A DNA stretch of 64,000 nt from the NCBI RefSeq assembly GCF_009914755.1, contig NC_060943.1. One strand, given 5' to 3'. A program made the translations under genes and the position numbers. Within the stretch, counting starts at the first letter, position 1. Each line of letters begins with the position of its first letter. The stretch comes from the human T2T-CHM13v2.0 reference genome, Homo sapiens. The notes beneath the pieces are model-generated. The model searched no databases. It was given only the letters and a program-made list of their open reading frames with translations, and was not told where the DNA came from. Shown piece after piece: positions 1-28,489 of this stretch.

Positions 1-328
1 TAGCTACTCGGAAGGCTCAGGCAGGAGAACAGCTTGAATGCAGGAGGCGGAGCTTGCAGTGAGCTGAGATCTCGCCACTGCACTCCAGCCTGGGCAACAA
101 GCAAGACCTCTGTCTCAAAAAAAAAAAAAAAAAAAAAAGACTGTATTCTAGCAAGGGCAACATAGCAAAACCCCATCTCTACAAAAAATATAAAAACTAG
201 CTGGGTGTGGTTGTGCGCACCTGTAGTTCCAGCTACTTGGGAGGCTGAGGTGGGAGGATTGCTTGAGCCCAGGAGGTCAAGACTACAGTGAGCCATGATC
301 ATGACAAGCACTCCAGCCTGAGTGGTAG

Positions 329-544
<216 letters not shown>

Positions 545-651
545 TGAGTAGCTGGGACTACAGGTGCCCACCACCACACCTGGCTAATTTTTTGTATTTT
601 TAGTAGAGACGGGGTTTCACCGTGTTAGCCAGGATGGTCTCGATCTCCTGA

Positions 652-897
<246 letters not shown>

Positions 898-1039
898 TAA
901 ATTTTTGTATTCTTAGTAGAGACAGGGTTTCACCACGTTGGCCAGGCTGGTGTCGAACTCCTGACCTCAGGTGATCCACCCGCCTTGGCCTCCTAAAGTG
1001 CTGGGATTACAGGCGTGATCCACTGCGCCGAGCCCATGT

Positions 1040-1185
1040 TCCCTTTTTATAAGGACACCCATGATATTAGACTACAGCCCACCCTAATGATCTCATTTTA
1101 ACTTCATTGCCTTTGTGAAGACCCTATCTCCAAATAGGGTCATGTTCTTAGATACTCAGGGGTTAGAATTCTGACTTACCTTTCC
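1040..1185 (-). mobile_element. MLT1-type (MaLR) LTR fragment
   Basis: TTTTATAAGGACACC...CCACCCTAATGATCTCATTTTAACTT...GAAGACCCTATCTCCAAATAGGGTCA resembles the MLT1 consensus as I remember it; subfamily uncertain. Confidence 0.6.
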
Positions 1186-1995
1186 GGGGAGTGGGACACA
1201 AGAGAGGGATTAGCCATTGTTTGATGAATTGCAACTAATTAACCAATCCCCTATTGTCGGACTTCTAATGCTTCCCTGTTAACTAAGCTGCCACGAAATC
1301 CTGGTTGCTACAATTTATCATAATGTTGCCCATTTACGTGTCTGTTTCTGCTTAGAGCAAAACCCACTGAATCTAATGAGATGTCCTCATTCTCCAGTTC
1401 CACTTTCTCTTCTCCAATTATCTTTTTGTTTTGTTTTGAGACAGTCTCGCTGTGTCCCCCAGGCTGGAGTGCAATGGGGTGATCGTGGCTCACTGTAACC
1501 TCCGCCTCCTGTGTTTAATCAATTCTGGTGCCTCAGCTTCCCGAGTAGCTGGGATTCCAGGCGTGCCACCATGCCCGGCTAATTTTTGTATTTTTAGTAG
1601 AGATGGGTTTTCGCCACGTTGGCCAGGTGGATCTCGAATTCATGACCTCAGGTGATCCACTGGCCACGGCCTCCCAAAGTGCTGGGATTACAGGCATGAG
1701 CCACTGCACCCAGCCTCCAATTCTACTTTGAGCTAAGGTGACTATACACCTGGCTTTGGCTAGGACGGTCCCGGTTTATGCCCCCACCCCCTCAGTGCCC
1801 CCTTTCTTGCTCAAAAGTGTGTTGATTGACCAGGCGCAGCGGCTCACGCCTGTAACCCCAGCACTTTGGGAGGCCGAGGTGGGCGGATCACCTGAGGTCT
1901 GGAGCTGGAGACCTGCCTGGCCAACATGGCGAAACCCCATCTCTATAAAAATATAAAAATTAGCCTGGCGTGGTGTGTGCCTGTAATCCCGGCTA

Positions 1996-2164
<169 letters not shown>

Positions 2165-2339
2165 TCAACACAGACTCCCGCATCCACCACTCCCCAGAAA
2201 CTCTTCTCACTGATGACCCTCCTGCATCCGGTTCCAAGGTCAGTCTCTCCGTCCCAGTCCTCTCCATGGCATCTGACCCGCCGGATCCCTCCTGCTCCGG
2301 GGAGCTCTGTCCTCAGACCATGCACTTCCCTCCAACCTG

Positions 2340-3600
<1,261 letters not shown>

Positions 3601-3710
3601 ATTTATACATGTCCTTCCAGGGCGGCGCAGTGGCTCACGCCTGCAGTCCCAGTACTTTGGGAGGCTGAGGGTGGCAGATAGCTTGAGGCCTGGAGTTCAA
3701 GACCAGCCTA

Positions 3711-4046
<336 letters not shown>

Positions 4047-4464
4047 TTATTTTAGTCCATTTTGTTTCCTATTGTGTCACTAAGTCTCAGTAAACATTTG
4101 TTGAAATTATGAACAAATGCACAGCCGGCCAAAGGAGAGAAAAGGCCTGGGGTTTGGAGATGGTAGTGAAGTAATACAGGTGGACTTCCTGGTGGAGGGG
4201 GCGAACCTGGGAGAACATGTTACCTCCCCCAGAAGCCCCATCAAGGCCTGAGAACTCATTAATCTGCCAAAACCCAACCAACCAAACAAACAAACCAAAC
4301 ACTCCTTTAAAACTTTTTCTTGGGGCCGGGCGCGGTGGCTCATGCCTGTAATCCCAGCACTTTGGGAAGCCAAGGTGGGCGGATCACTTGAGGTGAGGAA
4401 TTTGAAACCCACCTGGCCAACGTGGTAAAACCCCCTCCTCTACCAAAAATACGCCAATTAGTCA

Positions 4465-4689
<225 letters not shown>

Positions 4690-4715
4690 TCAGGAGATCG
4701 AGACTATCCTGACTA

Positions 4716-5042
<327 letters not shown>

Positions 5043-5097
5043 TCAGAGGTGGCTACTTCACAGAGGCGGCTTGTTTAAAAGGAACAATAGTTCCCTC

Positions 5098-5116
5098 TTT
5101 CCACTAGGTGTCAGCA
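5098..5116 (+). promoter_or_regulatory. Candidate CTCF site
   Basis: CCACTAGGTGTCAG (5101-5114) matches the core CCASYAGRKGGCRS with one mismatch, in non-Alu sequence. Confidence 0.5.
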
Positions 5117-5530
5117 GAAGCACAGCTGGCCTCACTCGGCATCTCTCCACCCCTACCCCCGTAACCACCCCCGTCCCATCCTCTCCATCTCCACTCCGGG
5201 CCCCAGACCTCAGCATCTCAAATTCAGACACTTCCCTCCCTCAGTAGACACCCTTGTATTTGCAGACAAATTCCTGTCCCCAGGCAGGCCTTCGCAGCAG
5301 GCATGGTTGGTGGCCTGTCCTACCTGGTGTCCGATCACACCAGGAAACTTCAGCAAGGGCTGCAGAGAAGAGGAAAGAGCAATAAAAGAAGGAAGGTACC
5401 TAGGGCCTGGGTGCGGTGGCTCATGCCTGTAATCCTAGCACTTTGGGAGGCTGAGGCGGGTGGATCGCTTGAAGTCAGGAGTTCAAGACCAGCCTGGCTA
5501 ACATGGCGAAACCCCGTATCTATTAAATTA

Positions 5531-5736
<206 letters not shown>

Positions 5737-6132
5737 TCATACAAATGTTTGTGTTCAAGAATAACTTTGCATGGAATAGCGGAAATCTGTATTGAAAATT
5801 GTTCTAAGAAAATGTCACTTTTTGCCTAGGTACAGTGGCTTACACCTGTATTCTCAGTACTTTGGGAGGCTGAGATGGGAGGATCACTTGAGCCCAGGAG
5901 TTCAAGACCAGTCTGGATAACATAGTGAGACCCCCGTCTTAGCAAAAACAAAACAAAACAAAACAAGACAAAACAAAAAAAACCTTAGCTGGGCATGGTG
6001 GTGAGTGTCTATAGTCCCCACTACACAGGAGGCTGAGGTGGGAGGATTGATTGAGCCTGGAAGTTTGAGGCTGAAAATGAGCTATAATTGAATCACTGCA
6101 TCCCAGCCTGGGCAACAGAGTTAGATCCCACA

Positions 6133-6417
6133 GAAGGAAAGAAAGAGAGAGGGAGAGAGAAAGAGAGAGAAAGGAAAAGAAAGAGAGAGAGAAAGAGAAA
6201 GAAAGAAAGAGAGAGAAAGGGAAAGAGAGAAAGAGAAAGAAAGAGAGAGAAAGGGAAAGAAAGAGAAAAGGAAAGAAAGAGAGAGAAAGGGAAAGAAAGA
6301 GAGAAAGGGAAAGAGAAAGAAAGAGAAAGGGAGAGAGAGAGAAAGAGAAAGAAAGAAAGGAAGAAAGAAAAGAAAGAAAGAAAGAGAGAGAGAAAGAAAG
6401 AAAAGAAAAGAAAAGAA
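6133..6417 (+). repeat. GA-rich polypurine tract grown from an Alu tail
   Basis: About 280 bp of A/G only (GAAA, GAGA, GGGAAA units) directly after an Alu 3' end. Confidence 0.95.
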
Positions 6418-6923
6418 TGGTTACACTTTAAACTCATTTAGTTCCCCCAACAACCCCATTATGCAGGTGCTATCCAGAATCATCATTGCCCTTTTAATGG
6501 GTGAGAAGACAGAGGGACAGGGAGGTTAATTTAACCTGCTCAGGGAGCGACAGAGAGGTTAAGTAACTCAACCAAGGTCACCCAGATCATGAGTAGCAGT
6601 ATTGGGATTCAAAGCCAGGTGGTCAGGCTCCAAAGTCCATGGTGCATGATGAGACTGCATTCAACACAGATGAATTTCAAGGTAATCAAAGTAATTAAAA
6701 ATAAAATAAGATATAATAAAAGACCATTGAATTGAACCAGCCAGTAGAAGAACCAGCCTGGACCTTAAAAGGGTCATGGGGCCAGGCACAGTGGCTCACA
6801 CGTGTAATCCTAGTACTTTGGGAGGCTGAGGAGGGAAGATCGCTTGAGGCCAGGAGTTTAAGACCAGCCTGGGCAACAGGGTAAGACCCTGTCACTACCA
6901 AAAATACAAAAATTAGCCCGTCA

Positions 6924-7022
<99 letters not shown>

Positions 7023-7184
7023 CTACTGCACTCCAGCCTGGGTGGCAGAGTGAGACCCTGTCTCAAAAAAATAAAGTGGGGGGCTGGGTGCCGGTCATGG
7101 TGGCTCACACCTGTAATCCCAGCACTTTGGGAGGCTGAGGCAGGCAGATCACCTAAGGCCAGGAGTTCAAGACCAGCCTGGTCA

Positions 7185-7490
<306 letters not shown>

Positions 7491-7702
7491 TCACTTCTCG
7501 CCCTCCCTGGCCTCTTCAACAGTAGTATTTCAACTGAGTGGAATGTTTGCCTTTGAAAAAAAAATACATTTAAATTAAATGAGCTGGGCAAGGTGGCTCA
7601 CGCCTGTAATCCCAGCACTTTGGAAGGCCATGGCGGGTGGATCACCCGAGGTTGAGAGTTCAAGACTAGCCTGACCAACATGGAGAAATCCCATCTCTAC
7701 TA

Positions 7703-7896
<194 letters not shown>

Positions 7897-8189
7897 TCAG
7901 CATCATATCTACAATAATCCCATTTATTCTCAATGCCACAGTGGCAATTCTTCGATGGATCGGCCAGGGAGATTTGAAGTACCCGGGAAGCCCTCATTGT
8001 ACTACATCTTTGTAATTTTCATTGATTTATGAAACGATGCCTGTTGTCTGCAGCCCCTGCTAACACGGTCCTCTAAGATTACTGCCATTTGGGGGTGTTT
8101 AAATCTATCATACATGGTACTATAATAACTACAACCTTAACAGCAGATAACATTTCTCAAAGCCCCCCAAGCACTAAAGAATTTAATCT

Positions 8190-8526
<337 letters not shown>

Positions 8527-8824
8527 TTAATATTATTGTTTGTTTGTTTGGGTTTTTTTTTTTTTCTTTTTCTTTTTATACACAGGGTCTTGCTCTGTCG
8601 CCCAGAATGGAGTGCAGTGGTGTGATCGTGGCTCACAGTAGCCTGGAACTCCTGGGCTCAAGTGATCTTCATGCTTCAATCTCCTGAGTAGCTGGGAGCA
8701 GAGACACATGCCCCAATCACTGAAATTTGCCCCAAATCACTCATATAGGGGCAGGGTCAAAACACAAACCTGTTTCTCTATGAGGGCTGTGTCCTGTGTC
8801 CACATTATCACTTAATATCAGTGA

Positions 8825-9020
8825 GTTTCACCTGGGGGTGATTCTGTCCCCCCACAGGGGACACTTGGCCATGTCTGGGGACATTTGTGGTGGGTGCCCC
8901 TGGCATGGAGTGTGTGGAGTCCAGGGATGCTGCTCAGCATCCTGCACTGTCCAGGGCAGCCCCCACCCCACAGGATGGCCCAGGCCTAAATGTCCACACT
9001 GCCAAGGGGGAGAGAGCCTG
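8825..9020 (-). mobile_element. MER20-like hAT DNA transposon relic
   Basis: GGGGGTGATTCTGTCCCCCCACAGGGGACACTTGGCCATGTCTGGGGACATTTG; reverse-complement-like to the copy at 28.5 kb. Confidence 0.7.
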
Positions 9021-9153
9021 GCCTGGCCCTCAGCTCCCCTCCAGCGGCCCCTAGCCCCTATGACCCACCATGGGTGGTGAGGCTTCCCTGTGTTGCTGGC
9101 CTTGCAGGCTGCACCCCTGTGGTTGGTTTCCCTTAGCTCTCCCCACATTCCTA

Positions 9154-9351
<198 letters not shown>

Positions 9352-9354
9352 CTA

Positions 9355-9504
<150 letters not shown>

Positions 9505-9507
9505 TCA

Positions 9508-9855
<348 letters not shown>

Positions 9856-9965
9856 TTACACTTATAGCTCCAGCACTTTGGGAGGCCAAGGCAGGAGGAT
9901 GTCTAGAGCCCAGGAGTTAAGATCAGCCTGGCATCACAGTGAGACCAATCTCTACAAAAAATTCA

Positions 9966-10418
<453 letters not shown>

Positions 10419-10569
10419 TCAATGCTATGCCCATTTCCTAGAAGGCAAAACTGATACTCTGAGGGCAGAGCTGTTCTATTCTTTCCTTCCTTCCCCTAGC
10501 TGGGGGGAAGGGAGGGCTCCCCAGAGGAGAGGAGAGCTGGGTGGCAGGGGTGGGGGTGGGAGAGATAGC

Positions 10570-10855
10570 TGATTAGGGGCCCGTTTATTAGCTGTAATTG
10601 CTGTCTCCTGGGCTGAATTAGACGAAATTACAGCCGCTGGCCCTTCAGGATGTCGAGCTCTCGGCATTGTCTGTGGAAGCAATCCAACGGCGGAGGGGAG
10701 TGGAGAGGGGGATGGGGGGTGCCTCTTGACAATAGAGCCCCCGAATTAGCCAGGCAGGGAGGCGGGGAAGCTGCGGCCTGACCACCCCCTCCCCACCACC
10801 CTAAAGAGCTGTCAGAGTCTCAATGAATTCAGCTCCACGAAGGCCAATTAAAGAT
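10570..10855. promoter_or_regulatory. Candidate enhancer: homeodomain/SOX/TALE motif cluster
   Basis: Seven TAAT/ATTA cores in about 290 bp of GC-rich unique DNA, plus TGACAATAG (10727) and CTGTCA (10809). Confidence 0.45.
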
Positions 10856-11426
10856 AGCAGGGGGCCCAGTGGGCTGGGACAGGAGGTGGGAGAAGAGGGG
10901 GGAGGGGGACCACATGAACCAGGGTAGGGAGGTGCCAGCGAGGGGTGCCCAGGTCCACAGAGATCTGTGTGGAGAGACAGGCTGTGGGGGCATCGTGGAC
11001 CCCCCAAATATTGAAGGGGGTGGGGTTCTATTCTTCCTCCTCACACTACCCTTTGCCCCCCATGCCTGATTAGAAAGATGGGGTTGCCCTGGAAGAGCAA
11101 GAGGAGCCCCCCAGGAGAAGAAGAGACAGTGGGACCCACCCAGCAAGCACTCCTCCTACCTCTCCCGTGGCCCTTGGCTGGTGTTCCTTGGTCAACAAGC
11201 ATCAGCTGTTCTGTCCCTCTGTTAGCCACTGCTCACGGGGCCACTTCCAGTAGCATCCTGAGGGAAGGCCAGCCACACCTCTTGGAAGCCCTCCAGGATT
11301 GCCTAAGGCCTCACCACAGAGAGTCTCCAATCCCCAGGCACCCTCCCTTCCCCATCTCCTCTCTAATCTAACCCCCGCTCCCCGTCTTCCAAGGAACTCC
11401 CCCTCCTCTGTGAGCCCCACCTCTAG

Positions 11427-13051
<1,625 letters not shown>

Positions 13052-13115
13052 TCCCAGCACTTTGGGAGGCCGAGGCAGGCGGATCACTTGAGGTCAGGAG
13101 TTCGAGACCAAGCTA

Positions 13116-14830
<1,715 letters not shown>

Positions 14831-14870
14831 CCTGGGTAATGTGGCAAAATCCTGTCTTTACAAAACATCA

Positions 14871-15232
<362 letters not shown>

Positions 15233-15263
15233 TTTATTCTTCTTATTATTTTTTTGGAGATAG

Positions 15264-15488
<225 letters not shown>

Positions 15489-16129
15489 TAGTACATATGT
15501 AGAGTATTAGCTAGAGTATTCTATAATGTATAGTAATATGTATCTATTGTCTATCATATAAATCACATATACTCACACCAAGAGTGTATCTTTTATTTTT
15601 TATTTTTGTGATGGGTCTTGCTCTGTTGCCCAGGCTGGAGTGCAGTGGCGCAATCATAGCTCACTGCAACCTTGAACTCCTGGGCTCAAGCAATTTGCCT
15701 GCCTTGGCCTCCCAAAGGGCTAGGATGACAGGCGTGAGCCACCACGCCCGGCCTCTGAGTGCCTCTGTGTTGTGTGTGAAGCCCAGTTTGCTGGAATGTT
15801 CTGGTGTTACAACTGTTCCAGCCTGACCGTGTGTGGCAGTGGGAGTGTATGTCATGATCTGCGCTTCTGTGACTGTGTTTCGTGGCTACATTTGTGTGTG
15901 TGTGTGGGCATGTTCGTGGGCATGTGGAGGTACGTTCGTGTCCCCTGTGTGGTTGTACTTGTAACCCTGCGTGTGTGTCTGTGTGTGTGTGAACCCGTGA
16001 CCATCTGAAAGTGCACGGCCGAGCTTGTGGCTGGGGTGTGTCGGGCCTCTGTGCTCCGAATCCTGTCCCGAGGCTGTTGCACGTGGCCTTGGGCGTCCTC
16101 CAGAGAGACAGTCATGCTCCACGGCCACG

Positions 16130-16132
16130 TGC

Positions 16133-16168
<36 letters not shown>
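16130..16168. repeat. (TG)n microsatellite within a TG-rich low-complexity region
   Basis: Direct observation. Confidence 0.95.
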
Positions 16169-16170
<2 letters not shown>

Positions 16171-16799
16171 CTCTGGCACATGCCTGTGTGACCCTGCAGG
16201 GCTGTGTCCAGGGGACCTAGGGGGACAGGAGAGAGCTCAGGGGCTGTCTGAGCCGTAGGGGGTGTCTGTGATTTTCAGTGTGTGTGGCCCTGTGGTGACT
16301 CTGAGTGGCAGGTACATGTGCATTTAGAAGAAGCCCCTGGGGCCCAGCCTCCCCCAGCCCCCAGCCAGCCTGGTGCATGTTCCCAGGACACACCCAGGCC
16401 TGAAGAGCTCATAAGTGGAGATGAGTCCCCACCAGCCTTGCAGTCCTCCGTTCCCTCTCCTCCTCTCCTTTCCTCCCCCTTTCTCCCCTCCTCTCCCCCT
16501 TGGTCCCCTCTCCCTGCCGAGTACAAGGGGAGAAGCAGCCTCTGCCATCAGCTGGAACACGCTTAAGTGGCCCATTTCCTGGGAGGCTGGGTGGCCTCAC
16601 CAGCCATTAGGGTAATGAGCCGCATGCTGTCCCCCATCCAGCGCCCTGGTAACCAAGGAGGGGGGCATTGCTCGCTCTGCAGGGCTGCGTTTTCCTCCTC
16701 CTGGCAGGGATAGGGATGGGGAGCAGGGAGGGAGGGCCCTGCAGACACAGACCAAGGCCAGAGGGGAGGGACACAGCAGAGATTCACATACAGGTCGGT

Positions 16800-17369
<570 letters not shown>

Positions 17370-17465
17370 TCACCTGAGGTCAGGCATTCAAGACCAGCCT
17401 GCGGCCAAGTGCGGTGGCTCATGCCTATAATCTGAGCACTTTGGGAGGCTGAGGCAGGTGGATCA

Positions 17466-17775
<310 letters not shown>

Positions 17776-17826
17776 TCAGGAGATCGAGACTATCCTGGCT
17801 AACAAGGTGAAACCCCGTCTCTACTA

Positions 17827-18350
<524 letters not shown>

Positions 18351-18639
18351 TTATACATCAGCACAGCAAAGCCACACTGTGACCCACATATTTGGACACA
18401 AATGCCATCCTCCTTACAGGGGAGTACAACATTGCACCCCTCCTTTTCTCTCCAACCCTTCTCATAGCTTGGTCTTCCCAGGCCCAGTGACATCTCAAGG
18501 CTCTGTCTCTCGACGATCTCGCAGATGACTCATTTTTTGTTCCTGTTCTAGCAGCAATCCTGCACACAGAGTAATAGCCTTCCATTCCCTCCCACGCCTG
18601 TCCCTCCTCTCTGCCCTCACTCCAGCCTCCTGATTTCAT

Positions 18640-19464
<825 letters not shown>

Positions 19465-19643
19465 TAGCTACTTTTTTTTTGGTTTGGTTTCTTTTTTTTT
19501 TTTTTTGTAGAGATGAGGTTTTGCCATGTTGCCCAGGCTGGTCTCAAACTCCTGGGCTCAAGCAATCCTCCTCCCTCAGCCCCTCAAAGTGCCAGGATTA
19601 CAGGCATGAGCCACTGCGTCCTGCCAGATGACCACCCCTTTGA

Positions 19644-19949
<306 letters not shown>

Positions 19950-20073
19950 TAGATCGGAAAAGATCAGCAGCTTCTTGTTTACTGGACACTGGTTTTCAGA
20001 GCTCAGAGGCAGCCGGGCGTGGTGGCTCACGCCTGTAATCCTAACACTTTGGGAGGCCGAGGCGGGTGGATCA

Positions 20074-20451
<378 letters not shown>

Positions 20452-20719
20452 TCAGCATGGTGGTGGCGCCTGTAATCCCAGCTACTTGGGAGGCTGAGGC
20501 AGAGAATTGATTGAACCTGGGAGGTGGAAGTTGCAGTGAGCTGAGATGGTGCCACCGCACTCCAGCCTGGACGACAGAGCAAGACTCCATCTCAAAATAA
20601 CAACAACAAAAAACAAACAAAAACAAAACAAAACAAAAAAACACAGAGTTCAGAGGCTCAGGCCTCCTCAGACCCTTTCCCCCACAGCGTCTCCACTTCC
20701 TGGTTGGGCCTGACTGCTG

Positions 20720-21650
20720 TTTCTCCTCTCCTTGTCCTCATGTCTCTGTCTCTGGTGGGGTTTTGGACTCTTGTTTCTTTCCGAGGTGGATTTCTGTGGT
20801 TCTCTTGGTGCCTTCTGTCTGGGGGTCAGGATCAAGCTCTCTCTGGGTCTCTCCCTGTCTCTGCTCTGTGTTTCTCTGTGTCTCTGTTTCTGTTTGCTTT
20901 GGGGTCTTTTGCTCTGTGTCTCTGATGCTCTCTGTCTCTGTCTCTCTCTGTTTCTTTGTTGTTGTTGTTATTTAGAGATGGAGTCTCGCTGTGTCACTCA
21001 GGCTGGAGTGCAGTGGCGTGGTCTCGGCTCACTGCAACCTCTGCCTCCCAGGTTCAAGTGATTGTCCTGCCCCAGCTTCCTGTAGCTATGATTATAGGCG
21101 TACACCACCACAACCAGCTAATTTTTGTGTTTTTAGTTGAGATGGGGTTTCATCGTGTTGGCCAGGCTGTTCTTGAACTCCTGGCCTTAAGTGATCCTCC
21201 CGCCTCAGCCTTTCAAAGTGCTGGGACTACAGGAGTGAGCCACTACTCCTGGCCTGGAGTGTCTTACTCTGTGTCTCTAACTGTCTGTCTCTGTCTCTCC
21301 CTGTATCTTCGTATCTCTGTTTGCATCTCTCTCTCTAGATCTCTCCATCTCTGTCCCTGTCTCTCTCCATCTCTCTGTCTCTCTGCATCTCTATGTCTCT
21401 GTCTCCATCTCTCTACATTTTTCTCTTAATCTCTGTCTCTGTCTATCTCTGTTTCTGTCTTTCTGTGTGTTTAGTCTTGCCTCTGTCTCTCTGTGTTTTC
21501 ATTTCTCTTTTTCTCTCTATCTCTCTGTGGGTGTCTCTCTGTGTCTCTCCCTGTATCTCTAACTGTCTGTATGTTCAGTCTTGCCTCTGCCTGCCCTCTG
21601 CCCCACCTGGCTCTCTCTCTCTCTGCATCTCTGAGCATCTGTCTCCCTCC
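20720..21650 (+). repeat. CT-rich low-complexity tract (TCTCTG-type) interrupted by an Alu
   Basis: Direct observation. Confidence 0.85.
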
Positions 21651-22555
21651 CCACCTCCACACCCCTTCAAATTCTCGACCCCCGGGCTTTGAGGAGGACC
21701 CCCGACAGTGGCAGATATTCAGACAACCAGACACCCTTGAGCTACTCTGCCCCTAACTCCCCAGACTGCCCCAGGAGATTCGATGCCACTGACTTTTTTG
21801 CTGCACCTCGATTAAATTTCCTCTCCTCCACCGGTGAAGCCCACACCTTTCCTAATGCAGCCTGAATCCTGGGCTGCACTCCACATTCCCAGCCTACTCC
21901 CGGGTCACCAGATGCCCGCCTGCACAATGCACCCCTGCACCTGCCTGGGTTGCCCACCTGAGCCCCGCCCCTCCCCAACACAGCGCTGGGGTCGTCATCT
22001 CCACCTGGGACGCTTGGGGGCATCAACCTGAGTTCTCAGTGAAAGTCTTATTTAAAAAGCCTTCAGTGATTTGTCTAGATTCTTCCGTTTTCTCCTGCTT
22101 GTTTTGAGAACACACACACACACACCATGTGTGAAATTCGTATTTCTTTTTCTCATCTCCAGACTTTTTAAAAACTTTCTATTTTAAAAATAATGATAGG
22201 CTGTACAGGAAGTTGCAAAAATAGCACAGCCAGCCCCTGTACCCTTCACCCCGCTTCCCCCTGGAATAGCGTCTTACATAACTCAAATAATTCTCAAAGC
22301 CGGAAGCGGCTGTGGGCGCCACACCTGCTCCCTCGTTGGCAGAGCTCCATTTCCAGATTTTTCACATTAAGCTTCCCTCTTGCACACACCCCTGAGTATG
22401 TGTACGTACACTTCTGGAGTCACACACTGCACCTGACCCACACTCACAGAGTCACATGCCTACATCCAAGCACACGAGTTGCTCACACACAGTGACGTGC
22501 ACCACATATGTACAGGCAGATTCAAATACCTACAGAGGCCAGGTACAGTAGCTCA

Positions 22556-22861
<306 letters not shown>

Positions 22862-23114
22862 CTAGCTACTCAGGAGGCTGAGGCGAGAGGATCTCTTAAG
22901 CCCGGGAGGTTGAGGCTGCAGTGAGCCGTGATCACGCCACTGCATCCAACCTGGGTGATAGAGCGAGACCCTGTCTTAAAAAAAAAAAAAAAAGGTAGAG
23001 TGTGGTGCTTCACACCTGTAATCCTAGCACTTTGGGAGGCTGAGGTGGGTGGATCACTGGAGGCCAGAAGTTTGAGAACAGCCTGGCCAACATAGAGAAA
23101 CCCTGTCTTTCCTA

Positions 23115-23642
<528 letters not shown>

Positions 23643-23939
23643 CCTTGCTGGTACCGTAACCTGTGCTGGAAAAATCTGCACAGAGAATTATGAATGTCAT
23701 CTGCGTCCCCGCCCCCAAGCCGTACTAGTCACCATGGTTTCAGTAGGATGCTGTCTGTATTAGGCAGTCTCTCTCTCTCTCTCTGTCTCTCTCTCTCTCT
23801 CTGTCTCTCTTTCTCTGTTTGTGCGTGTGTGAAGAAAACAGAAAACATTTGCTGCCTTGGTGTAAGTTTGTCCAGCTTTGGATCTGACAGACATAGAATA
23901 TACTCAATGTTCTGGAAGGGAAGATTAACGCAGCTGTAG

Positions 23940-24358
<419 letters not shown>

Positions 24359-24409
24359 TAGTAGAGATGGGGTTTCACCGTGTTAGCCAGGATGGTCTCG
24401 GTCTCCTGA

Positions 24410-24775
<366 letters not shown>

Positions 24776-25660
24776 TGAGTCCAGACTCAACACATAATTT
24801 CACTTGTCTTTTTCGTATTACATGAGTACACATTCCCTGTTTAATTTTTTTTAATTTTAATTTTAATTTTTTTTGAGACAGAGTCTTTCTCTGTCTCTGG
24901 GAGCCACATTGCCCAGCCTCAATAAGTAGGTTTAAATTTTTTTTTTTCATTTTCAGAAACAGGGTCTCACTCTGTCACCCAGGCTGGACTGCAGTGACAT
25001 GATCATAGCTTACTGCAGCCTCAGACTCCTGGGCTCAAGTGATCCTCCCGCCTCAGCCTCCCAAAATGCTGTGATTACCAGGCATGAGCCCAGCAATAAC
25101 TATTTGTTGAATGAAAATGAATTAGACCGCTGGGCGAGGTGGCTCACACCTGTAATCCCAGCACGTTGGGAGGCCAAGGTGGGTAGATCACCTGAGGTCA
25201 GGAGTTTGAGACCACCCTGGCCAACATGGTGAAACCCTTTCTCTACTAAAAATATAAAAATTAGCTGGGCGTGATGGTATGTGTCTGTAATTCCAGCTAC
25301 TCAGGAGTCTGAGGTGGGAGAATTGCTTGAACCCGGAAGGCAGAGACTGCTGTGAGCTGAGATTGTACCACTGTACTCTACCTGGGCCACAGACCAAGAC
25401 TCTGACAAAAAAGAAAGAAAGAAAGAAAGTAAAGAATGAAAAGAAGAAAGAAGAAAGAAAAAAGGAAAGAAAGAAAGAAGGAAGGAAGGAAGGAAGGAAG
25501 GAAAGAAGGAAGGAAAGAAAAGAGAAAGAAAGGAAATGAGGCCGGGCACGGTGGCTCACGCCTGTAATCCCAGCACTTTGGGAGGCCGTGGCAGGCGGAT
25601 CACCTGAGGTTGGGAGTTCGAGATCAGCCTGAGCAATATGAAGAAACCCCATCTCTACTA

Positions 25661-25867
<207 letters not shown>

Positions 25868-26404
25868 TCATCTACAAACCCTGTCTCCTGACAAACATTC
25901 CCGGAGAGGGCACAGTCTCTACCCACCTTCCAGTTGACTACCCCTGGTGCAGACACCTTGAACCAAACTCCCTCTGTTTTTCAGCCCACGAATTGGCATC
26001 ACAGGTGAGCTGGGAGACTCTGTAAGGCCATGACGGACATGGGGATTATCAGCATCCGTCCTGATCAACCAGGCCTCATTTCCAGGCCCCACACCTGCTC
26101 AGGGCCGGCAGCAGCTGAGCAGAGCTGAAACTTGAGCCCCTATACTCACAGCTTGCGACAGACGCACCCAGACCTGTGCAGACACAGCTGATGAACCAGA
26201 AACAGTCCCTGGGAAGCCCCAGCAGCCCCAGAGGCTGGCGGCATGTCTGGCCACAATTTGGGAAATATTACACTTGTGGGACCAGAGACCTTGAGCTCAA
26301 AGGGGCTTAGGATTGCAGCTTGAGACTGGGCGTGGTGGCTCACACCTGTAATCCCAGCACTTTGGGAGGCCGAGGCAGGCGGATCACTTGAGGTCGGGAG
26401 TTCA

Positions 26405-26626
<222 letters not shown>

Positions 26627-26729
26627 TCATGCCTGGAATCCCAGCACTTTGGGAGGCCGAGGTGGGCGGATCATGAGGTCAGGAGATCGAGACCATCCTG
26701 GCTGACACGGTGAAACCCCATCTCTACTA

Positions 26730-28062
<1,333 letters not shown>

Positions 28063-28107
28063 ACAGTCTTTAATGCTTATGGAAGTTGTGAGAATTCAGT
28101 GGGTTGA

Positions 28108-28397
<290 letters not shown>

Positions 28398-28489
28398 TGA
28401 TCCGCCCGCCTCGGCCTCCCAAAGTGCTGGGATCACAGGCGTGATAAAGTTAACTTTTAAGTGTGTTATTATTCCATGAATCCAGTTCA

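Noticed and set aside
6088-6441. Lys/Glu/Arg-rich and Phe/Ser/Leu-rich ORFs (also at 25.3, 40.1 and 51.7 kb)
   Set aside because: Translations of polypurine or polypyrimidine Alu-tail expansions.
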